DNA from: a virus
DNA length: 64,000 bases
Virus record (IMG/VR): IMGVR_UViG_3300045988_125079
Span: 32,001 to 96,000 of that record
Direction: 5' to 3' (one strand)
Part shown: piece by piece, positions 17,279-26,686 of the stretch
Numbering within the stretch: position 1 is the first letter of the stretch
Layout: each line of letters begins with the position of its first letter
Notes under the pieces: generated by a model
Seen by the model: the letters and a program-made list of their open reading frames with translations, nothing else
What the model was told of the DNA's origin: nothing
The model's database searches: none
Made by a program: the position numbers and the translations under genes

Positions 17279-18756
17279 CAAAACTTTCCTTCCCACAGTC
17301 GATCGCGAACTTCTTTCAGACTGTACTCTTTTACCATCTCGCCATTACGGAATACAGTCTGCAACAGGTTGCCGTCGGAATGAGCAGCGTGATCCATCAA
17401 GCCATCTGTATAGGTCAGTTTTCCAGAATCATCCTTGGTGACATAGCACATACCCTTCAGACTCTTCTTAAAGTGATCAGTGTCGGTTTTGGGGTCTTTG
17501 AAGATTTGAATCTCCTTGCCATTGACCACTCCATAAGTTGCCTTAACTGCCATGCCAAAAGTATCGCGGGTAAACGGCTTCAACTGACCATTCTGCTCGA
17601 TGCACTGCATGGAAAAAGAACCAACACCGAGACTGACATTATTGCAGGCGAAGCCGTGTGCTTTGAGTTCGGCATAAATCTTTTCACAGCGCTGCACAGT
17701 AATCGAATCCCCGTATAGTGCCTTCACATGCGGGTCGAGCACCTTGTAGCCCTTACTGTTGACTGTGCCACCGAAGATATCCCACAGATGGTAAACAGTC
17801 TGCGTGACGATTTCTACCGGATCACCAGAGTCGCCACGAATCAGCAGCGTGCCATTGTGCGCCATAATCTCGTCTTTGAGCTGGGGTAGGATATTATCGA
17901 CCAGATTCCAATAGTCGTAGGAATCAGATACCATACTGAAGCTCATATTGGGATACAGCTCAGTCAGCGCCCGGCGGATGAAAGTGATCTCGTCTCCATC
18001 GACAGCGAAGTTAGAACACATCACACTATGCTCGGTGCTAATAGCGCCAAACGCAACGGGCTCCTTAGTGCAATCACAGCGATACATTTCTTCCAGATAC
18101 GGAATCGCAGGAACAGTGGCCGTATTCAAAAAGCTCAGACACCACCCAGCGCTGGATTTGACAGCAGACTGCATACACTCCTGACCACGGAAACTGAAAT
18201 CGCCCAGAGCACGAGCATGAGGCACGCCATCCTCCACGGTTTCATCGTAATATTTGTCCACGATATCGCGGTACAGGGTGCCGACCGTTGCAGAAATCAT
18301 CGGATGCCACAGCTCAGAGCTCATAAAGGATTCGAGGAACTGCGGAACCCATGCGAAATCAGGATGCGTATTGCTCATCTCAAGGAACGGCACATGAATC
18401 GGGCAGCGAGTGCCCTCGGGCAGTGCTTTGATCTCGACAGGAAGATAGCCCAGGTCATGCAGGGCAGCAATCTTATCGATATCATAAGCGTCTTTGCCAA
18501 TGGTTGCGTCCAGGACACGCTGATAATTTGAGACAACCCACTCCTTTGGGAAATCAAAAAACCAACGTTTAAAATAATTCTGCAGATAATTCTTGCAGAA
18601 CGCCTGAACACCAAACACGACGACTTCATCCACGCCATCCAGACGGCTCATACGAGGAGTAAAGTAACTGACCAGCTTGGTAGTGCCAGCCGGGAACTGC
18701 TTACTGTGAGTTGTCTTGTAGAAGTCACACAACAGCATCGGGTTAATATTGATCAT
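17278..18756 (-). CDS. nadV: nicotinamide phosphoribosyltransferase family (NAMPT/NadV; may instead be the NARP1 Namat type)
   Basis: 492 aa. N-terminal LLCDFYKTTH. Overall NAPRTase/NAMPT-like layout, including ALYGDSIT. Confidence 0.75.
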   Translation of the reverse strand: MININPMLLCDFYKTTHSKQFPAGTTKLVSYFTPRMSRLDGVDEVVVFGVQAFCKNYLQNYFKRWFFDFPKEWVVSNYQRVLDATIGKDAYDIDKIAALHDLGYLPVEIKALPEGTRCPIHVPFLEMSNTHPDFAWVPQFLESFMSSELWHPMISATVGTLYRDIVDKYYDETVEDGVPHARALGDFSFRGQECMQSAVKSSAGWCLSFLNTATVPAIPYLEEMYRCDCTKEPVAFGAISTEHSVMCSNFAVDGDEITFIRRALTELYPNMSFSMVSDSYDYWNLVDNILPQLKDEIMAHNGTLLIRGDSGDPVEIVTQTVYHLWDIFGGTVNSKGYKVLDPHVKALYGDSITVQRCEKIYAELKAHGFACNNVSLGVGSFSMQCIEQNGQLKPFTRDTFGMAVKATYGVVNGKEIQIFKDPKTDTDHFKKSLKGMCYVTKDDSGKLTYTDGLMDHAAHSDGNLLQTVFRNGEMVKEYSLKEVRDRLWEGKF

Positions 18757-18775
18757 TTCAAATCCTCCTTAAATC

Positions 18776-18940
18776 TCAGCTTTTATCGGCATTCACAAGC
18801 GTTCTTAATGCAACAATCCCCATTGAACACGCTTCATACTTCTGTACATCTTTTTCGTCAAAGCAGTTAAATCCAGCTCTCATATCAGAAAGTGTATGAA
18901 TCGCATTCCAAACTTCTTCTTCGGTGTATTTATATGCCAT
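18776..18940 (-). CDS. small hypothetical protein (54 aa)
   Basis: Hand-translated MAYKYTEEEVWNAIH...NADKS. Fills the gap between 18756 and 18964. Below the ORF-track cutoff. Confidence 0.4.
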   Translation of the reverse strand: MAYKYTEEEVWNAIHTLSDMRAGFNCFDEKDVQKYEACSMGIVALRTLVNADKS

Positions 18941-18963
18941 ATCTATTCAACCCATTTTAGAAC

Positions 18964-19245
18964 TTAACTTTTATCGTTAATCCTCCAGTCCAATTTTTGA
19001 CCACATTGTCTGCAGTAGTGATCATATTGACCAATTAACGTTGTATTGCACTTTGGGCATCTGTAGCTTTCATATTTTGGATCGACTACGACTTTCTTGC
19101 TCTCAATCCGATTGAAGTAATCACTCAAAACATCACTTATCATTGCTTTTTCAGACCAGTATGCATCTCCGTATTTGATACTTTTCGTTAAGCGCTGATA
19201 TGCACTAAGGATTTCACCTTTTGCATACTTCATATCAGTCCTCAT
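18964..19245 (-). CDS. zinc-ribbon protein (93 aa)
   Basis: CPKCN...CRQCG. An alternative ATG lies at 19233. Confidence 0.55.
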   Translation of the reverse strand: MRTDMKYAKGEILSAYQRLTKSIKYGDAYWSEKAMISDVLSDYFNRIESKKVVVDPKYESYRCPKCNTTLIGQYDHYCRQCGQKLDWRINDKS

Positions 19246-20062
19246 CCCAACGATGCTCCAATACAGTAATTTTGTCGTGCTTTCCAGTGAAGATACTGTC
19301 CGTAGTGTAAACCCCGTGAATCAGTTCCGGATCGTCAAACAGATGGCCGCGTTCCTTATCCAGGATACTGTTCTCGCAGTGGCTGACATACATATCGATA
19401 TTACCAGCACCCAGTTCCTTCAGCTTCTTGGCCGAATAGAACATGGTACCGCCGTAAGAGCAAATATCGTCAATCATCAGAACCTTTTCGCCAGGCTTCA
19501 CTTCGCCAACGACATCCAGACCGAGAATCTTACCAGTCGCCCAATCGCGCTTTTTATCGCCATGGATAATATAGGCACTGCACTTTGCTCGATCCAGTGC
19601 CCAGTGAACAGTTTCCTCGTATCGTTTCATTGCCCCTGCATCTGGGAAGTAGATCACATCCGGCTTGCTCTCCTCGATTACCTGACAAATCTCACGAATC
19701 GGAGTGTGTACTTCACACCGATCGATCAGAGCGGGAGCCACGTCGCTATGAGGATCAAATACAACAACGCGGCTGAATTCACATCGATTGATCTCCTCTG
19801 CGAACCACTTGAGAGTGAATACATCATCGTCACTATGAACGCGATCCATACGGGCGTTCGGAATATACGGCATAAACAGCTCGACTTCTCCCCCGTTATC
19901 TTTTACATCCTTTGCAATCATAACGACGGCGGGAAGTTCAGCCATAGATTCAAATGTCCAGACGATGCTGATCACATTCAGATAATTGATAGCTCTATAC
20001 TTCTTGATCAGCGGAGTGCCGTCAGGGAAAGAATCGATTTTATAATAATTTGCTTTAACCAT
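19235..20062 (-). CDS. prs: ribose-phosphate pyrophosphokinase family (Prs; may instead be the NARP1 Adps type)
   Basis: LFMPYIPNARMDR, VVVFDPHS and VLMIDDICSYGGT parallel the Prs motifs IPYFGYARQDR, VDLHA and VDDMIDTGGT. Confidence 0.75.
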   Translation of the reverse strand: MVKANYYKIDSFPDGTPLIKKYRAINYLNVISIVWTFESMAELPAVVMIAKDVKDNGGEVELFMPYIPNARMDRVHSDDDVFTLKWFAEEINRCEFSRVVVFDPHSDVAPALIDRCEVHTPIREICQVIEESKPDVIYFPDAGAMKRYEETVHWALDRAKCSAYIIHGDKKRDWATGKILGLDVVGEVKPGEKVLMIDDICSYGGTMFYSAKKLKELGAGNIDMYVSHCENSILDKERGHLFDDPELIHGVYTTDSIFTGKHDKITVLEHRWDED

Positions 20063-20073
20063 ATCGAACCTCC

Positions 20074-21177
20074 TTAAACTGCGTAATGCAGGCTACGCCC
20101 ACCACGACGTTCAAACATAATATACTTAACCGTTTCCTTTTCAAATGCAGCGTAGTCTGCCTTTTCCCACTCATAATCTCGGTCATAGGGATTTTCGACT
20201 CTGAGATTCTCACCAGAAATCTTACACTTACCAGTCTGCTGATCGAATTCAATATTATCCGTATTGAACCGAATCAAGTAGCTGTCCTTGCCCACAATCG
20301 GGGTGAAGTAATCAGAATAATCATGACCGCCATTAAACAAATCATAACTACCATGGCTAATAGACTTTTTACCGCTTTCAGTTACTGCCGTGACAGTATA
20401 GGCCATGTCGTCCAGATTGATGATGTTCAGATCCATGATGGCATCCTTAAATGGGGTACCGAGATTCAGCTCGAAAGCGATGGACCGCAGACAATCGTAA
20501 TTCAGAGTGACACGAGAAGAGAACTGAATAACAGATTCAATTTCGCCATAATACTTTGGATCAAGCTTGTCCTGCAGATAAGTACGAATCTCTTCAGCCT
20601 GCGGATAATCGAAGCGAAAATGATAATGGAAACGACCCGGACGGTTTACCAGATAATCATTCAGACTTCGCAGTTCATTGCACGTGACCACAAACAATTT
20701 CTTGCCTGCGGTAGTGCCGTCGAATAGACTCAGCATAGTATCCTGTGGCGTATTGTCATCTGTTTTGCGGAATGTTTTATCAAACTCGTCAAACAGAACC
20801 ATAACTTCCTGCGTGATTGATTCAATAAAACTTGCAATACCGGGGACGTATTCACTTACCAAAATGACAGGATAGCCCTCATCAATAGCGGCCTTAGCGA
20901 TCATTTTAGCAGTCATAGACTTACCGATACCCTTATCACCGCTGAGAATCACACCAAGATTTCGAGTAAACACTTTAAACGTACTCATTACCTTGGCTGC
21001 CTTTTCACTGGCGACACCATACACCTTTTCATCAACAACCATATCAGGACGACGAACCAGATAAAAACCGGTCATTTTGGAGAAACAGATGTCATATGTG
21101 CCTGCTGGAATTTGGTCATAAGCCTGCATGTCATCGCCGTACAGATGTAAACGGCCAGAGCTTTCAACAATTTTCAT
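20074..21177 (-). CDS. AAA+ ATPase
   Basis: Walker A GDKGIGKS. Walker B VLFDEFD. Confidence 0.75.
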   Translation of the reverse strand: MKIVESSGRLHLYGDDMQAYDQIPAGTYDICFSKMTGFYLVRRPDMVVDEKVYGVASEKAAKVMSTFKVFTRNLGVILSGDKGIGKSMTAKMIAKAAIDEGYPVILVSEYVPGIASFIESITQEVMVLFDEFDKTFRKTDDNTPQDTMLSLFDGTTAGKKLFVVTCNELRSLNDYLVNRPGRFHYHFRFDYPQAEEIRTYLQDKLDPKYYGEIESVIQFSSRVTLNYDCLRSIAFELNLGTPFKDAIMDLNIINLDDMAYTVTAVTESGKKSISHGSYDLFNGGHDYSDYFTPIVGKDSYLIRFNTDNIEFDQQTGKCKISGENLRVENPYDRDYEWEKADYAAFEKETVKYIMFERRGGRSLHYAV

Positions 21178-21188
21178 ATTGGCACTCC

Positions 21189-21575
21189 TTAGTTCAGCTC
21201 TTCCAGCTTCTTCATTAGGTCGTCGATGCCCATATCTTCCAACTCTTTATCCTTCTTCTTAGCTACGATCTTCATAATTTTATCGCGCTGTGCCTTCTTC
21301 TCGGCTGCGCTCGCACGAGCCTCGGACTCGGCCAGCTTGACGGATACGATATACTTGACCAGCTCAATCTTGTTTGCCAGTTCGGTATCCTCGGCGCTCT
21401 TAGCCGCCAGCAAAGAGTCTTCGTCGGCGGTTTTCTTCTGGCGGTTCAAAGCTTTAAAGATCGCATCCAGAGCCTCAACGTTCAGATCCCACAGATCTTC
21501 AACAGTCATAACACCCTTATAGGTGAAGCGATAGCGGTTACGAGTTGCGATCTCAAATAAATTCTTCTCCATCAT
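21189..21575 (-). CDS. hypothetical coiled-coil protein (128 aa)
   Basis: ORF track. Ala/Lys/Glu-rich helical sequence. Confidence 0.6.
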   Translation of the reverse strand: MMEKNLFEIATRNRYRFTYKGVMTVEDLWDLNVEALDAIFKALNRQKKTADEDSLLAAKSAEDTELANKIELVKYIVSVKLAESEARASAAEKKAQRDKIMKIVAKKKDKELEDMGIDDLMKKLEELN

Positions 21576-21585
21576 AATTCTCCTT

Positions 21586-21849
21586 TTACAATAACGAGTG
21601 ACAAGTTAGCCGCTTAGAATTCTCAAACATATCATCAGACCACAGCCAATTCATAGTATCTTCTTTAAGCTGATATCGGTCTTCTCTATATCCACCAATT
21701 GTCACAATTTTCCCGCAGAATTTTTTCATGTCTGAAACAAATCCAACTTTAATATCAGGGCATGGCCCAGATCGCATGCTATATATTTTCAGTTGTTCTA
21801 AATTCTGTTTTACACGCACCCTATCCCCAGGTTTGTAGCGATATTCCAT
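21586..21849 (-). CDS. small beta-barrel-like protein with CxSLL-COOH tail (LTCHSLL)
   Basis: MEYRYKPGDRVRV...WLWSDDMF...LTCHSLL. Start trimmed to the ATG aligned with paralogs. Confidence 0.7.
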   Translation of the reverse strand: MEYRYKPGDRVRVKQNLEQLKIYSMRSGPCPDIKVGFVSDMKKFCGKIVTIGGYREDRYQLKEDTMNWLWSDDMFENSKRLTCHSLL

Positions 21850-22022
21850 TATGATTCCCCATTCGTCATGTTCCTTCCACAATGAGGGCAGAACCGAGAT
21901 AAATGTTCATAATAATGTTGTGCTAAAATGTTATAGCGACAATCAGCGTCGTATCCACATTTTTCACAAAAATGCCATCCGTTTTCATCTTCCACCCATG
22001 TAGAAATATCGTTCTCGTTCAT
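21849..22022 (-). CDS. small zinc-ribbon protein (57 aa)
   Basis: Hand-translated MNENDISTWVED...CEKCG...CPHCG. Its stop overlaps the next ATG (TAATG). Confidence 0.45.
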   Translation of the reverse strand: MNENDISTWVEDENGWHFCEKCGYDADCRYNILAQHYYEHLSRFCPHCGRNMTNGES

Positions 22023-22031
22023 AGAATCTCC

Positions 22032-22298
22032 TTATAATAATGATTTGCAAGATAACAGATTTGCTAAGCCTAAAAACATCTCATCTGTCCATAGGATATT
22101 GTTTTGAGCTTCTTCTATGACATATCGATTTAAAACATACCCCATGACCGTCACAGTTTTCCCCTCAAAAGGTTTTCTTGCTTTAAAAGATCTTTTTACG
22201 ACAACTCCAAAATCTTGGGATAACATCTTATAATTATGACCTTCTTCGAAGCAATCTATCACGCGAACATGGTCTCCGGGTTTATATTGATATCCCAT
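22032..22298 (-). CDS. small beta-barrel-like protein with CxSLL-COOH tail (LSCKSLL)
   Basis: MGYQYKPGDHVRV...ILWTDEMF...LSCKSLL. AAAGGAGAG upstream. Confidence 0.7.
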   Translation of the reverse strand: MGYQYKPGDHVRVIDCFEEGHNYKMLSQDFGVVVKRSFKARKPFEGKTVTVMGYVLNRYVIEEAQNNILWTDEMFLGLANLLSCKSLL

Positions 22299-22308
22299 AA
22301 TCTCTCCT

Positions 22309-22575
22309 TTACAGCAGTGACCGACACGTAAAAGGATTAGCCAGACCGACAAACATATCATCAGACCAAATAGTGTCTTTATTTGACTCTTCGATCATGT
22401 ATCCGCCCAGTCTATATCCGGAAATCGTTACAACTTTCCCAGCAAGACGTTTTCTTGTCGGCAACGACACTCCGATTGTCAGAATGCTTTTACCAGAAGA
22501 CATATAATGGTTTTTCCCTGGTTCAAATTTATCTATCACGCGAACTCTATCCCCAAGCTTATATTTGTAATCCAA
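22309..22575 (-). CDS. small beta-barrel-like protein with CxSLL-COOH tail (FTCRSLL)
   Basis: (TTG)DYKYKLGDRVRV...TIWSDDMF...FTCRSLL. Confidence 0.65.
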   Translation of the reverse strand: MDYKYKLGDRVRVIDKFEPGKNHYMSSGKSILTIGVSLPTRKRLAGKVVTISGYRLGGYMIEESNKDTIWSDDMFVGLANPFTCRSLL

Positions 22576-24645
22576 TTAAATCACCACTTTCAGAACTCGC
22601 TCAGTAGCTCCCTGCACCTTGACAATGAAGGAGTCATGCTTTGTCTCAGAGAAACCAACGCCAGACAGCTGGTCATCGACAGACTGGACCGCCATCTGAG
22701 AACCGAGAGCTTCAAACACCCGCTTATGCTGCAGAAGTTCTGCTTTCAGAAATTCGTTGTAGAATCCGTTCGGCTTTTCAGGGTTGACACAATCCTTCAG
22801 CATAAAGAAGTAGTGACGGTTGCCGTTTCCGGTCTGCTCGTCCCAGTAGTTTGGAGAGTACATGGCCACAGAAACAGGAACGAACTGGTTGGAATTCACA
22901 CTCCAGATTTCGCGGGTGCTGGTAGAACTGGGCAGCTGCTCCTTGATAGAGAACTTGCCATCCTTCAGCGTGACCTTTGCCACGGCGACATTCTGACCCT
23001 GATGCAGCGGCTTATCGTAGTTAAACGAGTAGATGTTGCCATCGAACTCGATCTCAGCACGGAAACCGGTTTTTCCGCCACGACCAGCGAAACAATGAAC
23101 ATAGAAACTGTATTCGCCCTCCTTCATCTTTTTGATATCAGGCCAGGTGATGTTCTCGACTGCGACACGATTACGACCAGGCTGCATGATGTCAACATCC
23201 AGAACACCGCCCGTAGTGTAATTACGTTTTGCGCCAAAATAGATGTGGTTCTTATCGGGTTCAATGCAATGAGCATCCTCATCGTTTTCGTCCCACTCGC
23301 ACGACATATCATTCCACTGAATAGAGAAACGCAGAACGCCGTCGATTTTACCGCCAGCATTTTTGACGTTCTCCCGGATCTGGCTGTCAGTCACGTTACC
23401 CGTATATGCCCAACTAAAACCGTTCGCCCACTTGAACATAGATGGCGCAGCCTTATCCTGCGGCGCAATCAGAGACACCATATTCTTCTCGAAACGATTC
23501 TCCATGAACAGTTCCAGCCCAGTCGCAGTCGGAAGCACGTCCTTGATGAACTTGTCGATGCCGATTTCCTCTGCACGACCAAACTTCTTAGGATCAATCG
23601 CAACAGTCTTAGCCATTGCTTCAAACGGATTTGTAGCACCAGCAATACGAGGAGCAGCGTCACGATTACAGAACAGGATATTGTTGGCAGTGATATCGTC
23701 CAGAGTAGCAAACCGACGACCCAGACTGTTCATATAACCCAGCTCAGTGACGGTTTTCTGTGCATCCTCCAGCATCTTCTTGGTGAAAATCGCCTTGGGA
23801 CGCTTATAGTTAGCTGGTGCAACCACCTTTTCAAAAGCAGTCACAGCAGAATCCACATCCATACCTTCACTCAGATTAATAAGCAGAGTACCGATTGCAG
23901 TGTTACGAATACGAAGCTGTCCCATATCGCCCCATGCCGGTGCCAGCCAAACATAAGCGGCCTTGTTCTCAGCCGGAGTATTGTCATATTCAATCTTGTT
24001 AGTCTTAAATACCTTGACGGCGTTTTCAAATTCCTTACCGCGATACAAACTATTCTGTGCAATCAGCTCCAGAACAGTATCAACAGCATCCATGGTCAGT
24101 TCTTCCAGAGAACGCTTGTATACGTTTGCGGAATCACGCCACTGAGCCATCTTGGTAGCCACATCATCAGGCCGCACAACGAAACGCTGCGGAATCTTGA
24201 CTGCGAAATGATCCCAAGTACGCACATCCTTGTGGTTTTCATCGTACTCATAGTTCATCTCGGTGCCGAACATATTACCAGAACCGATCATATTGCGACT
24301 GACAAAGTACGGATTCACAATAGTGCGGCTCTTCACATAAGCATCCAGAGCGTCCACAACAGGCTGATACTTGGCAGACTTTGCATCGAAATTCCACACA
24401 GTAATCATTTTTCCATCATCAAACGCCACCAGCTTGCCGATATTCTTCACAAAACGGCGGCAGCAGGAACAATCATACTCACGGCGCTTACGGAACAGCT
24501 CATTCATACCGGCCGGGAAGCTGTCAAGATACAGATTGTACAGTTCATCCTCGTCTGCATCGGTGATAAACAGTGGATTCTCACCCTTCACCATCTCATT
24601 GAAGTGGTCCTGCAGAAGTGCGCGAAATTCCTTAAAATCAGACAT
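22576..24645 (-). CDS. large conserved hypothetical protein (689 aa)
   Basis: Long ORF with balanced composition. N-terminal REYDCSCCRRF cysteine motif. The 723-aa plus-strand ORF opposite it is judged a shadow. Confidence 0.75.
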   Translation of the reverse strand: MSDFKEFRALLQDHFNEMVKGENPLFITDADEDELYNLYLDSFPAGMNELFRKRREYDCSCCRRFVKNIGKLVAFDDGKMITVWNFDAKSAKYQPVVDALDAYVKSRTIVNPYFVSRNMIGSGNMFGTEMNYEYDENHKDVRTWDHFAVKIPQRFVVRPDDVATKMAQWRDSANVYKRSLEELTMDAVDTVLELIAQNSLYRGKEFENAVKVFKTNKIEYDNTPAENKAAYVWLAPAWGDMGQLRIRNTAIGTLLINLSEGMDVDSAVTAFEKVVAPANYKRPKAIFTKKMLEDAQKTVTELGYMNSLGRRFATLDDITANNILFCNRDAAPRIAGATNPFEAMAKTVAIDPKKFGRAEEIGIDKFIKDVLPTATGLELFMENRFEKNMVSLIAPQDKAAPSMFKWANGFSWAYTGNVTDSQIRENVKNAGGKIDGVLRFSIQWNDMSCEWDENDEDAHCIEPDKNHIYFGAKRNYTTGGVLDVDIMQPGRNRVAVENITWPDIKKMKEGEYSFYVHCFAGRGGKTGFRAEIEFDGNIYSFNYDKPLHQGQNVAVAKVTLKDGKFSIKEQLPSSTSTREIWSVNSNQFVPVSVAMYSPNYWDEQTGNGNRHYFFMLKDCVNPEKPNGFYNEFLKAELLQHKRVFEALGSQMAVQSVDDQLSGVGFSETKHDSFIVKVQGATERVLKVVI

Positions 24646-24934
24646 TGTTATTCTCCTTTGCTTTCATATAATTTTTGAGAAAAATACTCAAAAGTTCATC
24701 GGTGACTTCAAATCCTTGCCAGATTCGAGAGCTCTTATCTGTTCCAACTTGAGCATATAAATTTGTATTGCAATCAACCTCAATTGTAGAATCCGGATAT
24801 TTTTCAATCTCGTCATACTCATCAATTGCACTATTATTTATATAAAGATCAGCCTCATTTCTGCTATCAAAAAAACGAGGGAATTCGCACGATCCTTCAG
24901 AATCATATTCAAAAACACACCAGATCTTGTTCAT
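24638..24934 (-). CDS. hypothetical acidic protein (98 aa)
   Basis: ORF track. ATG start. Confidence 0.55.
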   Translation of the reverse strand: MNKIWCVFEYDSEGSCEFPRFFDSRNEADLYINNSAIDEYDEIEKYPDSTIEVDCNTNLYAQVGTDKSSRIWQGFEVTDELLSIFLKNYMKAKENNNV

Positions 24935-24943
24935 ATAACCACC

Positions 24944-25210
24944 TCATAATAATGACTTGCATCTAAACTGATGAGTTATTTTTTCAAACATTTCATCGCA
25001 CCAGAGCCAATTACACTCTTTTATTTTATACGATCCAAAAGATGAAATATGGTCAATATGAACTAATTTCCCACGCATTGCCATCATCTCTTCAATAACA
25101 TAATCGCTTTCCTGTTCAGCATATGGCCCAGATTTCATACAATAAAGATGACCCATACTTAAATCTTTACGGACACGAACTGTATCTCCAGGCTTATATA
25201 GATAATCCAT
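24944..25210 (-). CDS. small beta-barrel-like protein with CxSLL-COOH tail (FRCKSLL)
   Basis: MDYLYKPGDTVRV...WLWCDEMF...FRCKSLL. GAGGAG upstream. Confidence 0.7.
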   Translation of the reverse strand: MDYLYKPGDTVRVRKDLSMGHLYCMKSGPYAEQESDYVIEEMMAMRGKLVHIDHISSFGSYKIKECNWLWCDEMFEKITHQFRCKSLL

Positions 25211-25221
25211 ATTTTCACTCC

Positions 25222-25482
25222 TCACAAGAGAGACTTACATACAATTCGACCCTCCGGTTCAAACATTTCATCTGTCCAATGCCAATTAATTTCGTTTAAG
25301 AGATATTGACCGCATGAAAATCCCTTGATATGGACAAACTGACCACGGAATTTCATCATATCGTCATTGGTGCTATTTGAACCATACTTGTAATCAGGGC
25401 CAGATTTCATACGGTACGATTGTTTGGTACTCAAATCGGCTCGAACCCGAACTCTCTGTCCAACTTTATATTTGTAATCCAT
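25222..25482 (-). CDS. small beta-barrel-like protein with CxSLL-COOH tail (IVCKSLL)
   Basis: MDYKYKVGQRVRV...WHWTDEMF...IVCKSLL. Confidence 0.7.
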   Translation of the reverse strand: MDYKYKVGQRVRVRADLSTKQSYRMKSGPDYKYGSNSTNDDMMKFRGQFVHIKGFSCGQYLLNEINWHWTDEMFEPEGRIVCKSLL

Positions 25483-25490
25483 ATTTCACC

Positions 25491-25763
25491 TCAAAGAAGA
25501 GACTTGCATGTAAGTGGCGTTAACGGTTCAAACATTTCATCGACGAAATAATTGCACTTACCATCTTCGATGATCTTGTACTTTCCATTTGCTTTATGAG
25601 AAATATGAACTATCTTTCCTGCCCAATTTGTTCTAATGCTGTATGTAGCGTAAGTGCTTGCATATCCTGGACCAGACTGCATTTGATATACATGTCCACC
25701 TTCAAGATGCTGCTTTACTTTAACAGCCTGTCCATTCCTGTATTTATATTTACTTTTCGACAT
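25491..25763 (-). CDS. small beta-barrel-like protein with CxSLL-COOH tail (LTCKSLL)
   Basis: MSKSKYKYRNGQAVKV...YFVDEMF...LTCKSLL. Confidence 0.7.
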   Translation of the reverse strand: MSKSKYKYRNGQAVKVKQHLEGGHVYQMQSGPGYASTYATYSIRTNWAGKIVHISHKANGKYKIIEDGKCNYFVDEMFEPLTPLTCKSLL

Positions 25764-25783
25764 TTTCTTTTACCTCCCAAAAT

Positions 25784-25876
25784 TTACAAAAGACTCGTAC
25801 AGTAAATAAATTTTGCAGGCACGAGCATTCCATCACGTACTTGTACCGCATCGCCAACTTTATACATACACGCCAT
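25784..25876 (-). CDS. 30-aa mini-protein with CxSLL-COOH tail (IYCTSLL)
   Basis: Hand-translated MACMYKVGDAVQVRDGMLVPAKFIYCTSLL. Lies between the integrase stop and 25763. Below the ORF-track cutoff. Confidence 0.5.
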   Translation of the reverse strand: MACMYKVGDAVQVRDGMLVPAKFIYCTSLL

Positions 25877-25879
25877 TTT

Positions 25880-26686
25880 TCATTCTCCATCAAACCAATC
25901 AGAAACTCGATCCGACATCCTGTCCATCTTTTCCTGTGCAGCCTTACAATACCTCATTGTGATTCTTTCATCGCTATGATTCAATTTCATCTGGAGAAGC
26001 TGCAGAGTATTTCCTTCGTCTTGAGTCCCCTCTGCACTCTTTAGCGCTGCCATTGCATATGTTTTTCGCATTGTATGTGTAGACAATTCAATATCAAGGC
26101 CGCACATTTTACCGGCATTTTTCAGGATACCATATATCGATCGAACATTAAGCGAACCGCCCTTCTGGCTCTGGAATAAAAACACATCTCGTGAGACTTC
26201 AAAATGCTGCTCGTCGTAATATTCTTTCAAAACTTCGGCAGCCATTTTAGGAATTTTACAGATATTTCGCTTTCCTGTTTTCTGCTCAAAAACATCAAGA
26301 TGGCTCTTTACTTTACCATTTAGTGTATAAACATCTTCCGTCTTTAGTTTTACAAGATCGCTGCAACGAAGACCGACAGAACAACCAAGAATGAACAGCG
26401 TTTTATTCCTGATTCTATATCCGACCTTACCGTTTTTACCAAGATAATCTACTACTTTTTTGAACTCCTCTTTAGATTGAATCGGACTAGCCGGAGTCGG
26501 CTTCTTTCGTCCATCGCAAGTGTAAAGACTTGTTGTTTTCGTCTTCTTTTGTTTTTTTCGAGCAGCTGTTACGGCGTCACGAATCATCTGCTGCAATTCA
26601 TCTTCAGATAACGTAATATGAGCTTCGTCAGAAGAATTAGGAAATATAATCAGCTTATCTTTTTCTTTTACCGCTGCTTCTGCCAT
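25880..26686 (-). CDS. tyrosine recombinase / phage integrase family
   Basis: GLRCSDL (Arg I), HTMRKTY (HxxR) and LNHSDERITMRYC (His and catalytic Tyr). Confidence 0.8.
   Translation of the reverse strand: MAEAAVKEKDKLIIFPNSSDEAHITLSEDELQQMIRDAVTAARKKQKKTKTTSLYTCDGRKKPTPASPIQSKEEFKKVVDYLGKNGKVGYRIRNKTLFILGCSVGLRCSDLVKLKTEDVYTLNGKVKSHLDVFEQKTGKRNICKIPKMAAEVLKEYYDEQHFEVSRDVFLFQSQKGGSLNVRSIYGILKNAGKMCGLDIELSTHTMRKTYAMAALKSAEGTQDEGNTLQLLQMKLNHSDERITMRYCKAAQEKMDRMSDRVSDWFDGE

Noticed and set aside
19253-20727. Long plus-strand ORFs 19253-20077 and 20086-20727
   Set aside because: They are antisense shadows of the Prs-like and AAA+ genes, which carry clear catalytic motifs. The same reasoning applies to 29204-29881, 29953-30822, 31116-31751, 32853-33395, 35354-36289, 49489-50259 and 52633-53412.
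22507-24678. 723-aa plus-strand ORF, the longest ORF in the track
   Set aside because: It is exactly antisense to the 689-aa minus-strand ORF. Its composition is skewed (Leu/His/Arg/Ile-rich with low-complexity runs) and it has no RBS context. The minus-strand ORF fits the operon, has an ATG start and a normal composition. I treat the plus-strand ORF as a shadow ORF.
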